From Alphaproteobacteria bacterium (GTDB lineage: Bacteria > Pseudomonadota > Alphaproteobacteria > Bin95), in assembly GCA_964291285.2 (NCBI GenBank), contig OZ219787.1, positions 1,888,001 through 1,952,000 of the forward strand: a DNA stretch of 64,000 nt, given 5' to 3'. Below are positions 1 to 9,392 of this stretch, piece after piece. The notes beneath the pieces are model-generated. The model was not told where the DNA came from. It saw only the letters and a program-made list of their open reading frames with translations, and searched no databases. How positions within the stretch are numbered: the first letter of the stretch is position 1; each line of letters begins with the position of its first letter. A program made the translations under genes and the position numbers.

Positions 1-2676
1 GACGGATCGGTGCTGGGCGTTGAAGGCTTTTGCGGCTTCGCGCAGAAGGCGGTTGGGTTCGGTTGCAAGGGGGCCTTCTTCGGTCAGGCGCCAGAGGGAG
101 TGCATTGCCGTGAGTGCGCGCTCCCTGGTGATGGAATCGGGCGGACGGTGGGCGAGGGCTTCGGCTTCGCGCTCCTGGCGACGTTCCTCGCCGACTTTGT
201 GGATGAGGGCCTGCGTGGTGTGAATATAGGTCTCCTTCAGCGCAGCGAGCCGGACAGGAATGTCGGTATCGACCGGGTGGTGAGGAGCGCGGGCGTTCTG
301 TGCCCGGTCGAGGGAGACCATTTGTTCAGTGATGCGGGTGAGGGCCGTCTCGAGCTGATCGGAAGTGAGCTGGTACAGTCGGCCGAACCGGGCGCGGCGC
401 TCGCTGTCCTCGTGCTGCCGGGCGAGTTCGGCCCGGGACGGGGTCAGCTGGCCGGTTCGCATCGCGCGCACCTCGGCGACGGCATGCCGGTTTCGCAGGG
501 CGTGGCGCTGCTCGCGGTCTGCGTGGCGGGCGGCGCGTTCGGTCGCCGATACGGTGCGCTCGGGAGCAGGAGACTGGTGCAGGCGCTGGAGCCGGGTCCA
601 TGCCTGTTGCCTGGAGAGCGTGGCGAGGTTGAAGACGGGGATCTTCCATTCCCGGGCTATCAGAAGGCCGAGGCCGGTGCCGCCCTGGATTTTTCCGTCC
701 AAGGTCCAGCAGACGACGGCGTCGACGGGATTGTCGAGATTGGGGCCAAGAAGTATCGCGACGTTGCGGGCATGGGCCTTGCGGGCGAAGTCTTCGCATC
801 TGTGCCAGGCGGGGTGAAGCCGCCCGGCGATCCTGATGCATTCCTGCAGGCGGTCGGGCGGCAGAGTGTGGCAGTCGGGGCCCCGGAGGCCCTCGAAGCC
901 GGGCCGGGGCAGCCATATGGTCCGTTGATCGGCCGGAGTACCGGCGGCGAAAGCCGTATCGGCGCCCCTGGCGCCTCCAGAATGGAGGTGGAAGCCGGCG
1001 GCCGCCATCTGTCGGGAGAGTTCCGTCATGTCCTGAAGGACAGCATCGGGCGTTTCGCGGGAGCCGATGCCGGCCCAGCGCAGGGGGCTCGTCTGTGAAA
1101 GTGGCGGAGCGGCAGCCAGCGCCTGATCCTGCGCAGGATGGGCGGCGTGGGCGCGGGCAGGTGCGGTGCGCACGGGAATTCCGTTGTTGTCGGCAAGCGC
1201 CAGCAAGCGGTTGTGGGCGTTGCCGCGACCGCCGAAATCGACGATCAGGTCGGGCTTCAAGGCAATCCAGGCGTCGTCTCGGGCGTGGATATTGTAACGC
1301 TTGTGCTCGGGGTCCCACCGGGGCGGATTGGGTATGAGGGGGACCCGGCGACCGGTTGCCCAGCGGCGGACCGCGGGATCGACGCCCTCGATGCGCGATT
1401 TGCCGCCCTTGCCTTGCAGGCGGGCGCCGTAGTGCAGCACCATTTCCGGAATTCGCTCGCGGAGACGATTGAGGGCGGGGACGACTGTCTCGCGGGCGAT
1501 CCGGGGAGCGAGGTCCCCATCGCCCACGACGAGGATATGCGGTCCATCAAGGGGCGTAGGGGCGGGGTGTCCGAGTTCTGCGGCGCGCCGGGCGGAGGCG
1601 TAGTCGGCTCCTGTGAGGGTCGTTCTCGTGCGCGGGCCGCCAGCGGCGCTCATGGCGGGATCGTCGCGCTGCCATTCGCGTTCGGTGGTTTCGAGGTAGA
1701 GCGCGGCGGCGGCGTCGGTTGCCTGGGCGAGACACTCGGTTCTGACCAGGGAGGCCCGGGTGGCGTCGTCGAAGTCCTGGACGGCCCGATCGTCGGGGGA
1801 TTGGCCGAAGGCCGGGTGATGGCGCATGCGGCGGAAGACGTCGTCGGATGAGAGTTCGGCGTTCGCGTCGAGCATGCGCACGATGCGCCAGGCGCCTGCG
1901 GTGCGCTCGTCCTGGAGCTGGGTGCCGTCCGGGTAGATCCGCGTGAGGGCGTGGAACATCTGGCCGGCCGCGTCGAGCGAGCGGCCGGCGTCTGTAGCGG
2001 GAATCTCTTCGGTCGGGGAATCCGGGGCGGACGCGGAGGCGCGCAGCGCGCTGCGCTTGTCGCGGGCCCCGTCCGCGGCTTCCTGGACGCGGGTCAGGGT
2101 TTCGGGCGCGGGCTTCCAGCGATCCTCGCGGGTTGCGAAGAAGGTGGCTGCGTCGATCTGGGCGCCGTAGGAGGCGTCGGTGAACTGTGCGTCGAGAGAA
2201 CCCTGCCGCGCGAGCCAGGGGCGACCGACCGTCTGCCCGTAGAGGTTGAGGCCGTGTTCGAGAGCTTCGCGCAGGACGCCGATCTGGTTCCGGATGTTCT
2301 CGGCCTGATGGGCCGGGAGGAACTCGGCGTCGTGGGCGTCCATGTCGTCGTCGGATGATGGCGTCCGGTTGTCTTCGTCCTCAGGAGGCTCGAGGCGATG
2401 GTCGAGACGGGCCTCGAGGCGTGCAACATGGCTGCGGAGCTGGTCGACCGCGCCCCATAGAAGGCGGTCTCGATCGAGGGCCAGCGGCGAGGCATCCGAG
2501 CAGAGGGTGGAGCCGATGGCGGTAAAGAGGAGATCGACGCCTGCCCGGGCCGATTCGACGTCGCCAGGGTCGCGGCCGTCATATTCGCGTGAGGAAGGGG
2601 AAGCGCCGGGGCCCATGTGGTCCATGACCTGGGAAGTGCCGGTGGCGGGACTCGCGAGGCCTTCGATCTCGGACAT
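1..2676 (-). CDS. DUF2493/YspA-type SLOG protein with a second DprA/cpYpsA-like SLOG domain (3' end runs off window, >=892 aa)
   Basis: Manual translation from ATG 2676 (MSEIEGLASP...) finds no stop down to base 1. Contains HILVVGDG...VRRWATGRRVP...PDLIVDFGG (about 1560-1150) and RWAGIGSRETP...HSGGARGAD...HARN...VVCWT..G...GGTG...IPVFNL (about 1080-610). Not in the ORF track; the + strand ORFs here are its antisense shadows. Confidence 0.85.
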   Translation of the reverse strand, partial: MSEIEGLASPATGTSQVMDHMGPGASPSSREYDGRDPGDVESARAGVDLLFTAIGSTLCSDASPLALDRDRLLWGAVDQLRSHVARLEARLDHRLEPPEDEDNRTPSSDDDMDAHDAEFLPAHQAENIRNQIGVLREALEHGLNLYGQTVGRPWLARQGSLDAQFTDASYGAQIDAATFFATREDRWKPAPETLTRVQEAADGARDKRSALRASASAPDSPTEEIPATDAGRSLDAAGQMFHALTRIYPDGTQLQDERTAGAWRIVRMLDANAELSSDDVFRRMRHHPAFGQSPDDRAVQDFDDATRASLVRTECLAQATDAAAALYLETTEREWQRDDPAMSAAGGPRTRTTLTGADYASARRAAELGHPAPTPLDGPHILVVGDGDLAPRIARETVVPALNRLRERIPEMVLHYGARLQGKGGKSRIEGVDPAVRRWATGRRVPLIPNPPRWDPEHKRYNIHARDDAWIALKPDLIVDFGGRGNAHNRLLALADNNGIPVRTAPARAHAAHPAQDQALAAAPPLSQTSPLRWAGIGSRETPDAVLQDMTELSRQMAAAGFHLHSGGARGADTAFAAGTPADQRTIWLPRPGFEGLRGPDCHTLPPDRLQECIRIAGRLHPAWHRCEDFARKAHARNVAILLGPNLDNPVDAVVCWTLDGKIQGGTGLGLLIAREWKIPVFNLATLSRQQAWTRLQRLHQSPAPERTVSATERAARHADREQRHALRNRHAVAEVRAMRTGQLTPSRAELARQHEDSERRARFGRLYQLTSDQLETALTRITEQMVSLDRAQNARAPHHPVDTDIPVRLAALKETYIHTTQALIHKVGEERRQEREAEALAHRPPDSITRERALTAMHSLWRLTEEGPLATEPNRLLREAAKAFNAQHRSV

Positions 2677-2972
2677 GTTCGGGGTGCCCTTTTTCACTCG
2701 TTTACCCGGTCGCCGAACGTTGTCCGACAGGTGGATTTTGACACAGGAGGGGTTCAACGGCCATGCGCAGAAAGGCGGCAGTGGAGGCCGAAGTCGAAGG
2801 GGAAAGGCAGTTGCGGTGGTTTGGAGAAAACCACGGACATGTCGAGGAGAACGGAAGGGATTGTTCGTGGCGGTCAGGAAAAAGGTGGAAGGGAAGGCAG
2901 GAACAGGTGTGAAGAAGTGGTGCGAAGAAGTGGTGCGGGTTGCGCCCGTTTCCGGGGTTGGCGCAGAGGTGG

Positions 2973-5900
2973 TCAGTATGAGATGCCGCGATCCTGGATG
3001 AGGGTCTGCTGGCGGATGAGGACCTCGGCTTCGCGCCGGTAGACCTCCCGGGACAGGCCGGAGAGAGCTGACGCCAGTCCTGGCGGGAGGCCTGCGGCCA
3101 GGCGGGCGGTAGAGACTTCATGGGGGAACTCGGCGGCCCGGTCGAGGAAGCGCCGGAATGAGGTGAGGGTTTCCTTCGGATACGCGCGGTTCCAGCGGGC
3201 GAGTTCGGCAACCGCTTCGGGATCGCGTTCATCCCGGGGCTTGAGGGCGCTTTTGAGGATCGGGAGAAGGCGATCCGGATCGAAGCGCTGATCCTGGATG
3301 GCGGACGCGCCGGCGTCGGGGACTTCGATCCGGTGGGGGGCGCGGAGCGAGTCGAGACCGGCAGAGCGGATGGCTGCGAGCTCGCTTCGCAGGTCGACGA
3401 TGTCGAGGCGGCGCCGGTCGACGTGTGCCCGGTGGTTCTCGGTTTCGGCGGCGAGGGAGGCGTCGAGGGTGGCAATGAGGCGCTGGGCACGCCTGTCCCA
3501 GGATCGGTAATCGGGGTCTGAACGGTAGAGGGATTGCGGCTGGGTCTCGCGTTCGCGGCGCCGACGGTCGATTTCGACCTTGAGCGGGTCCATGGCATCG
3601 ATGCGGCGTTGCGCGGCTTCGCGCGCGCGTCGGGCCGCGCCCCGGATGCCGCCGGGCCTCGGTTGCGGGGCGGAGGGTTGTTCGGCGCTGCGGGCGGAGT
3701 GGCGTTCGAGGATTGCAGCGTAGTCCTGCAGGTGCGTGCGGGCGCGCTCGATGTTGAGGTGGATGCTGTCGCGCACCCGGGTTTCGCTCTCGACGATCCG
3801 GCTGAGCATCGAGAAGTACTCGCAGTCGGAGGAAGACAGGAGTTCGGTGTCGAGCAGGGGACCGATGCGGGGGAGCAGACTGGCGGTGCCGGGGTGGTAG
3901 ATGAGGGGTGTCTCGCCGGCTTCCTCGTCGAGGCGGTCGAAAGCTGTACGGAGACGCCGGCTCTCTGCGGCGACGGCCCCGGCGGCGGTGGGCGGCCATT
4001 CATGGTCCGTGTCGGTTACGCCGGCGGCGGTGCGGGCGGCGTGGTGGCGTTCGAGGATCGAGAGAACGCCGGCCTTTTGCTCCGGGGTGGCTTCGTCGCG
4101 GGCGGCGAGGAGTTCGAGGGCGGCCATATGGTCCGCGAGGCGCCGTGTCGGGAGGGTCGAGCCGGGCAGGAGTCGTTCGCGTTCTTCGAGGATTTGCTTC
4201 TCGGCCGGGATGGTCCGGATGACGGACACGGCGGCGGTTTCGACGGACGGTGCGGACCGAAGGCGGGCGCGCCAGGTTCGGGCATCGACAGAGTCGGGGC
4301 GCAAGGGGCCGGGCAATTTCCGGATGATGTCCGAGAAGGCGCGGACGCGGTCCCGGAGCTGGGTATATTCGCGCAGTCTGGCGACGGTCCAGGGCGCAGA
4401 GCCGGTATCGGGCTGAAGGTTGCGCCATTGCGCATCGAGGGCCGAGTGCAGGGCATCGATGTGGCTGCGAAGCTGGACCGTCGCCGCGCGCGCGGGCACC
4501 GTGTGGCTGCGAAGCTGGACCGTCGCCGCGCGCGCGGGCACCGTGTTCCGGATGAAGGCCGCCGTGCGGGCGACGAGGTCGCCGTGGTCGGGACGGTCGA
4601 GCGCCGCAAGGCGATGAGGAAGGGCGCCCCTGAACTGGCTCCAGGCTTGGGCGAGGGCGTGTGCTTCGGCCCTGTGCGCGGCGGCGCTGTCGGTGAGCCA
4701 CCGGCCGTCCGTGCGGGTGACGCCGGCGGCCTCGCGCGCCTTCTCCCAGCTCTCCAGCCGTTCCATGAACCCGGCGCGCTCGTCGTCTCTCAGGAACGCG
4801 GCGCTGTTTTCAAACGAAGCGACCGCGCGCAGGTTCTCCATGTGCTCGTGGAGGCGCCGGGTCGGCAGGGTCGAGCCCGGAAGCAGGGCCTCGCGGTCCC
4901 GGATCATGGCGTCCTCGGCCTCGATGGACCGGACGAGCATGCCGAACGCCTCCAGCGTATCCGGCGTGGCGCCGAGCCAGTCCCGCCATTTGCGTCCGGA
5001 GAATCCCGGGACGACGAACCCCTCGGGAAGCCCCCTGAGGTCGCCGGTCAGTGTGTAGGCGCGCCACCGGAGGCGGTCATATTGCCTGAACGCCGCCCAG
5101 CCGTATCCCGGTGCGGCGGTCGGCTGGCGGACGGCGGCCCGGGCCTCCTCCAGGGCCGTGTCCAGCTGCCGGAGATGGCCGGCGAGGAAGGCCGCCTGCT
5201 TCCTCGCGGTATCGGCGTCGAGCGAGGGGTCGGCGGCGTGCCGGGCGGTGCTGGCGATTACCTGCCAATGCCGGGGGTATTCGAGCGCGGCCAGCGGGTC
5301 GCCGCGCATCGCCGCGCGGATCGCGCGCCAGTCCTCGCGGAGCCGGGCTTCGGTCGCGATCCGGTTTTCGAGCTGTTCGTCGCTCGGCCAGGGCGCGTCG
5401 GTGCGCGTGACGCCGGCGTCCCTGCGCGCCTGGCGGTGCTGGCGGATGAACTGGCGGATTTTCTTGCGCGCTCCGTCGTCGAACCCGTCGAGGGCGAGAG
5501 CGCCGTTCATCGTGGCCATGTGGTCGGCCAGCCGCCGGGTCGGCAGCGTCGAGCCGGGAAGCCGTTCCTCCCGGCGCCGCATGAGCGCTTCCTCCGCGTC
5601 CCGCTGCTCGGTGAAGGCTGTCAGGATGTCCCGATAGGCCGGCGCGGCCTGGAGGCGCCGGCGCCAGAGTGCGGTTTCGGCCCTGCGGTCGCCCTGGAGT
5701 CCGGAAGCGGCATCGAGCACGGCCGGGAACGCATGGGCCTGGCGCATGAGGCGGCCATAGCCGGACACGCTCCCGGGCGAGAGGCGCTCGACGGTATTCT
5801 GCCGCAGCGGGGTTGCCTGTTTCCAGGCGCGCGTGAGCGCGGCCCCGAGCGCGGCGTGATGGCCGTCCAGGAACGCGCGCCAGCTGTGCGCGGTATCGCG

Positions 5901-8900
5901 GTCGATCTCCGGGTCGGTCGCGATCGCGACCGTCCGGCGCAGCAGTCCGGCATGCTCCGGGTCTTCAAGGAACCCGAGGATGTCGGGGCCGGTGCGGGAG
6001 CGCAGCGCGCTCCAGTCCCGTTCGAGGGGCCCGGCGAGGCTCCGGGTCCGGGCCTCCCTTGCGAGCCTGGCTTCGGCGTCGAGCGGGCCCGCCCAGCGGC
6101 GCTTCATCCGGCGCCGGAACAGCGCGAAGGCGCGGGCGCCTTCTCCGGAGACGCCGGGCCAGCGCTCGCCGGCGGTGTGTGCGCCGCTGCGCAGGAACAC
6201 GCGGACCCGGGCGAGGACGTCGCGGTGGCGGTCGAGCGTGCGGCGCACCCGCTCTGCGGCATCCGGCGCGGCGGCGGGCTCGGCCGGGGCGGGGATCGCG
6301 CTCCACTCGCGCTCGACCGCCTCCATGTCGGCGGCGAGTGCGAAGGCTTCGGCCCGGTTGGCGTTTTGGGAGAGTTGTCGGTTGGACGCGGCAATGATGC
6401 GCTGGACGGCGGCGCGGTCGGCGTGCCGGCGGACGGAGAGGCCGGGGCTTTCCCCGGGGCGGCGCGGCCCGCTGCCGGCGGTGCCGGGCTCCAATGCGTC
6501 GTTGGCAGGGATGGCGGGCTCGATCGGGTCGCGCCCGAGCTCCAGTTCGCCCTGTGCGAGGTATTCCTGCTCATTGGCGGCCAGGATGTAGTCGGTCGCG
6601 GCCTCCTTGGGCTGCGAGCGCCCGCAGAGCCGCCCCAGCGTCATCAGCACCTCGTCGTCGGAGACCTCGCGCCCGGGCTCGCCGTCGGGCGTGGCGCCGG
6701 CGATCGCGATCGCGACCGGAAGCCGGTCGGCGACGACCTGCAGGTGGTCGGTGTGCCGGGTGCAGGCCGGATAGGCGGTCTCCCGGGCCATGCCCTCGTC
6801 CAGCAGGACGAAGCCGGCGTCGATGGTGAGGCCCTGGGCGGCGGTGCAGGTTGCGGCATATGCGTAGTCGATGGTGATCTCGCCGAGCCAGTTCCGTATG
6901 TCTCCGGGCTCGAACCGGATCGTGCGCCTGTCCCCGGTGCGGGCCGTGATGAGGACCTGCGTCTTGCCGTCTTCGGTCTCGCGCTTTTCGAGGCCGGTGA
7001 CGGTGACGACGTCGCGGTTGTAGAGGCCGAGCCGCGAAACGGTGGAGCCGATCCGCAGGCGGTCGCCGACGCGGACCTCGAAATCGTCTTCCAGGGCCTT
7101 GCCGCGGTCGCGCAGGCGGTGGATGCGGATGACGGCGGTGTCCCTCGCGGGATCATGGCCGGGAGACCCGGTCGCGGCGTGGTGCCGGGCGCGGAGCAGG
7201 GCGTTGAGCGCGCGCACGTCGGCGCGGGTCCGGGCCATGACGACGGCGTCATGCTCCGGGTTCTCGGCCATGTATGCGGACCAGTGCGCGACCAGGCGAA
7301 GCAGGGCGTCCTCCTTGCCTTCCGCCAGCGCCAGGCGGCCGCGCTTGTGGAGCTCGGTGAAGGCCTGGTGCATGGCGCCCGTGCGAAGCAGGGCGGATAC
7401 GCCGAGCTGCCAGGGCCGTTCGATACGCAGGGGCTTTTCGCCGGCGGCCTTGCGTTCCCGGTTCATGGCCGTGTAGCGCTTGCGGGCGGCAGCGCGGTCC
7501 TCGCGGGTCATCGCCGCTGCCCTTTCCATGGCTTCCCCGGCCGGCAGGCCGTCGACCTCCCGAAGGAAGTCTTCCGGCGTCGCTTTCTGGCGGCGGATGC
7601 GGTCGATGCGCACGCCCTTCACGCGGTCCCTGACGATGCGCATGCCCGGACCGGCCTCGATCGGCTGCTGCTGCCGGGTGTCGCCGACGAGGACGAGCTT
7701 GCAGCCGGTCCGCTCGCTCAACCGGACGAGCTGCAGCGTCTGGCGCGTGGACAGCATGCCGGCCTCGTCCACGACCAGGACGTTGTCGGGACCGATATCG
7801 ACGGCTCCCTTGTTGACCTTGCGCAGGAAGGGGTGGACGGCGCTCGGCGGCGCGTCGATGTCGCTCGCAAGTTCGACCGCGACGGACCAGGCGACGGCGA
7901 GCGCGCGGACTGTGCGGCCTTCGGCGCGCCAGAGGTCGGCAAGGGGGCCGAGCACGTGGGACTTGCCGCTGCCGGCGGCGCCTTCGATGAGGGCGATACG
8001 ACCGGACTCCGCGGCGGCGTGGTCGATGGCCTTGCGCTGCTCGGCGCTGAAGCGCTTGCCCTTGCTGGCGAGTTCCTCGAGCAGCCGGGCGACCTTGCCA
8101 GGTTCGACGGCGTGGGTGCGGTCCGAAACCGAAAGGGCCGAGACGTGGCGCAGCGTGTGCTCGGCGCGGAGCGTGTCCCCGGTCGTGAAGATCCTCTTGT
8201 GCGCCATGCCGGCCTGCGCCTCGATGCCGGGCTCCGGATACTGGAGGGAGACCAGCTCGGCATTGCCGAGGGCGACCTCGCGCCAGCGCGCCATGGCCTC
8301 GCGGTCGACCGCGCCGGCGAGAGCGTTCTCGAGCTTCTCGATGATGTTCGGGACGTTGAAGATCGCCTCCATCTGCGCAAGCTTCCCGGGAATGGCGATG
8401 ATCTCGGCGTGGATCTCCTCGATGCGTTCGCGGGTGAGCTCCTCGATCCCGGCAGCGTGGATGCGGTCCCGGAGCTCCTCGACATCGACGACCTCCGCGG
8501 CCTCCTCCAGGAAGCGCTCAATGTCCTCCTCGGTGGTGGGGCCGCCTTCGGGCTTGTGCGAGCGGGTCGCGAGCGTCGCGGCCGCCATCTGCGCCGGGTT
8601 CGAGAGTGCTTCCTCGCCCAGATGTTCGGCGACGGCCGCGACGATCGCGGCGCGGCGCTTGCTCCAGACCTGTTCCAGCTCCGGGTCCATCTCGCGCACG
8701 CGGCTGTATTGGCCCTCCGGCCCGTGGCGCTCCATGGCGATGCCGAGGCGTTCCTGCATGATGTGGGCCAGGTGGCCCCGGAACGCCGCGCCGGCGGCCT
8801 TCTTCCAGGAGTAGAGCGGATAGCCGTGCAGGGCGCGGTATTTGCCGTCGCAATGCGTCTTCACGGCATTGAAGATCGTCGCGTGGACATGCAGCTGGGG

Positions 8901-9392
8901 ATCGCCCTCGCGCGAAGTGCGGTGCAGGAACGTCGCCGCCAGCATGTCGCCGGTCTCGATGCGGCGATCCACCCCGGCCTTTCCGACGCGTGTCGTGGCG
9001 CAGTGCTGGAACACGGTTTCGTCGAGAGCGCAGCGCGCGGCGTCGATGACGGCGCGCTCGATCTTCTCGCGATCCTCGGCCCTGGGCGTGATCGCCCATA
9101 ACGCGGAGATCGACTTGTCGGCGGAGAAGGTCATGTCGAAGCCCGGCGAGCGTTTCTCGGAGCCGGCGTTCTGCACGAGCGAGGTGCCGTCGAGGTCGGG
9201 CGAATGGCCGGCGCAGAGCGCGTAGAACTTCTTCTCCCAGACGATCCCGCCGTTCTTCAGGCCGAAAAGGCCGGCCGGGTTGTGCCACTCGCCCGGACGC
9301 TCCTTGCCGCCGCCCGTGTAGTATCCTTCATGGGCCGCCTGACTCTCGATGTAGTAGGTCGGCACGGCCATCTTCGCGAGCGTCGCTACCAC
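2973..9392 (-). CDS. traA: MOBF (TrwC/TraA-type) conjugative relaxase-helicase with long repetitive C-terminus
   Basis: N-terminal YY...YY motifs, FDMTFSADKSIS, HUH motif HRTSREGDPQLHVH, Walker A GAAGSGKS, VVDEAGML, YAYAAT..AQGLT. Confidence 0.92.
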   Translation of the reverse strand: MVATLAKMAVPTYYIESQAAHEGYYTGGGKERPGEWHNPAGLFGLKNGGIVWEKKFYALCAGHSPDLDGTSLVQNAGSEKRSPGFDMTFSADKSISALWAITPRAEDREKIERAVIDAARCALDETVFQHCATTRVGKAGVDRRIETGDMLAATFLHRTSREGDPQLHVHATIFNAVKTHCDGKYRALHGYPLYSWKKAAGAAFRGHLAHIMQERLGIAMERHGPEGQYSRVREMDPELEQVWSKRRAAIVAAVAEHLGEEALSNPAQMAAATLATRSHKPEGGPTTEEDIERFLEEAAEVVDVEELRDRIHAAGIEELTRERIEEIHAEIIAIPGKLAQMEAIFNVPNIIEKLENALAGAVDREAMARWREVALGNAELVSLQYPEPGIEAQAGMAHKRIFTTGDTLRAEHTLRHVSALSVSDRTHAVEPGKVARLLEELASKGKRFSAEQRKAIDHAAAESGRIALIEGAAGSGKSHVLGPLADLWRAEGRTVRALAVAWSVAVELASDIDAPPSAVHPFLRKVNKGAVDIGPDNVLVVDEAGMLSTRQTLQLVRLSERTGCKLVLVGDTRQQQPIEAGPGMRIVRDRVKGVRIDRIRRQKATPEDFLREVDGLPAGEAMERAAAMTREDRAAARKRYTAMNRERKAAGEKPLRIERPWQLGVSALLRTGAMHQAFTELHKRGRLALAEGKEDALLRLVAHWSAYMAENPEHDAVVMARTRADVRALNALLRARHHAATGSPGHDPARDTAVIRIHRLRDRGKALEDDFEVRVGDRLRIGSTVSRLGLYNRDVVTVTGLEKRETEDGKTQVLITARTGDRRTIRFEPGDIRNWLGEITIDYAYAATCTAAQGLTIDAGFVLLDEGMARETAYPACTRHTDHLQVVADRLPVAIAIAGATPDGEPGREVSDDEVLMTLGRLCGRSQPKEAATDYILAANEQEYLAQGELELGRDPIEPAIPANDALEPGTAGSGPRRPGESPGLSVRRHADRAAVQRIIAASNRQLSQNANRAEAFALAADMEAVEREWSAIPAPAEPAAAPDAAERVRRTLDRHRDVLARVRVFLRSGAHTAGERWPGVSGEGARAFALFRRRMKRRWAGPLDAEARLAREARTRSLAGPLERDWSALRSRTGPDILGFLEDPEHAGLLRRTVAIATDPEIDRDTAHSWRAFLDGHHAALGAALTRAWKQATPLRQNTVERLSPGSVSGYGRLMRQAHAFPAVLDAASGLQGDRRAETALWRRRLQAAPAYRDILTAFTEQRDAEEALMRRREERLPGSTLPTRRLADHMATMNGALALDGFDDGARKKIRQFIRQHRQARRDAGVTRTDAPWPSDEQLENRIATEARLREDWRAIRAAMRGDPLAALEYPRHWQVIASTARHAADPSLDADTARKQAAFLAGHLRQLDTALEEARAAVRQPTAAPGYGWAAFRQYDRLRWRAYTLTGDLRGLPEGFVVPGFSGRKWRDWLGATPDTLEAFGMLVRSIEAEDAMIRDREALLPGSTLPTRRLHEHMENLRAVASFENSAAFLRDDERAGFMERLESWEKAREAAGVTRTDGRWLTDSAAAHRAEAHALAQAWSQFRGALPHRLAALDRPDHGDLVARTAAFIRNTVPARAATVQLRSHTVPARAATVQLRSHIDALHSALDAQWRNLQPDTGSAPWTVARLREYTQLRDRVRAFSDIIRKLPGPLRPDSVDARTWRARLRSAPSVETAAVSVIRTIPAEKQILEERERLLPGSTLPTRRLADHMAALELLAARDEATPEQKAGVLSILERHHAARTAAGVTDTDHEWPPTAAGAVAAESRRLRTAFDRLDEEAGETPLIYHPGTASLLPRIGPLLDTELLSSSDCEYFSMLSRIVESETRVRDSIHLNIERARTHLQDYAAILERHSARSAEQPSAPQPRPGGIRGAARRAREAAQRRIDAMDPLKVEIDRRRRERETQPQSLYRSDPDYRSWDRRAQRLIATLDASLAAETENHRAHVDRRRLDIVDLRSELAAIRSAGLDSLRAPHRIEVPDAGASAIQDQRFDPDRLLPILKSALKPRDERDPEAVAELARWNRAYPKETLTSFRRFLDRAAEFPHEVSTARLAAGLPPGLASALSGLSREVYRREAEVLIRQQTLIQDRGISY
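3990..6040 (-). repeat. Three about 230-240 aa internal repeats in the relaxase C-terminus
   Basis: Motif LPGSTLPTRRL..HM...AGVT.TD..W occurs three times (near 5545, 4865, 4150). Confidence 0.85.
4460..4546. repeat. Exact 42-bp tandem duplication (TVPARAATVQLRSH x2)
   Basis: tgtggctgcgaagctggaccgtcgccgcgcgcgcgggcaccg starts at 4460 and again at 4502. Confidence 0.95.

Noticed and set aside
10-2358. Plus-strand ORFs 10-1098, 1138-1851 and 1951-2358
   Set aside because: Codon-aligned antisense shadows of the long minus-strand SLOG gene; no motifs.
3534-9101. 1855-aa plus-strand ORF
   Set aside because: Antisense shadow of the relaxase; long stop-free antisense frames are expected at this GC content.
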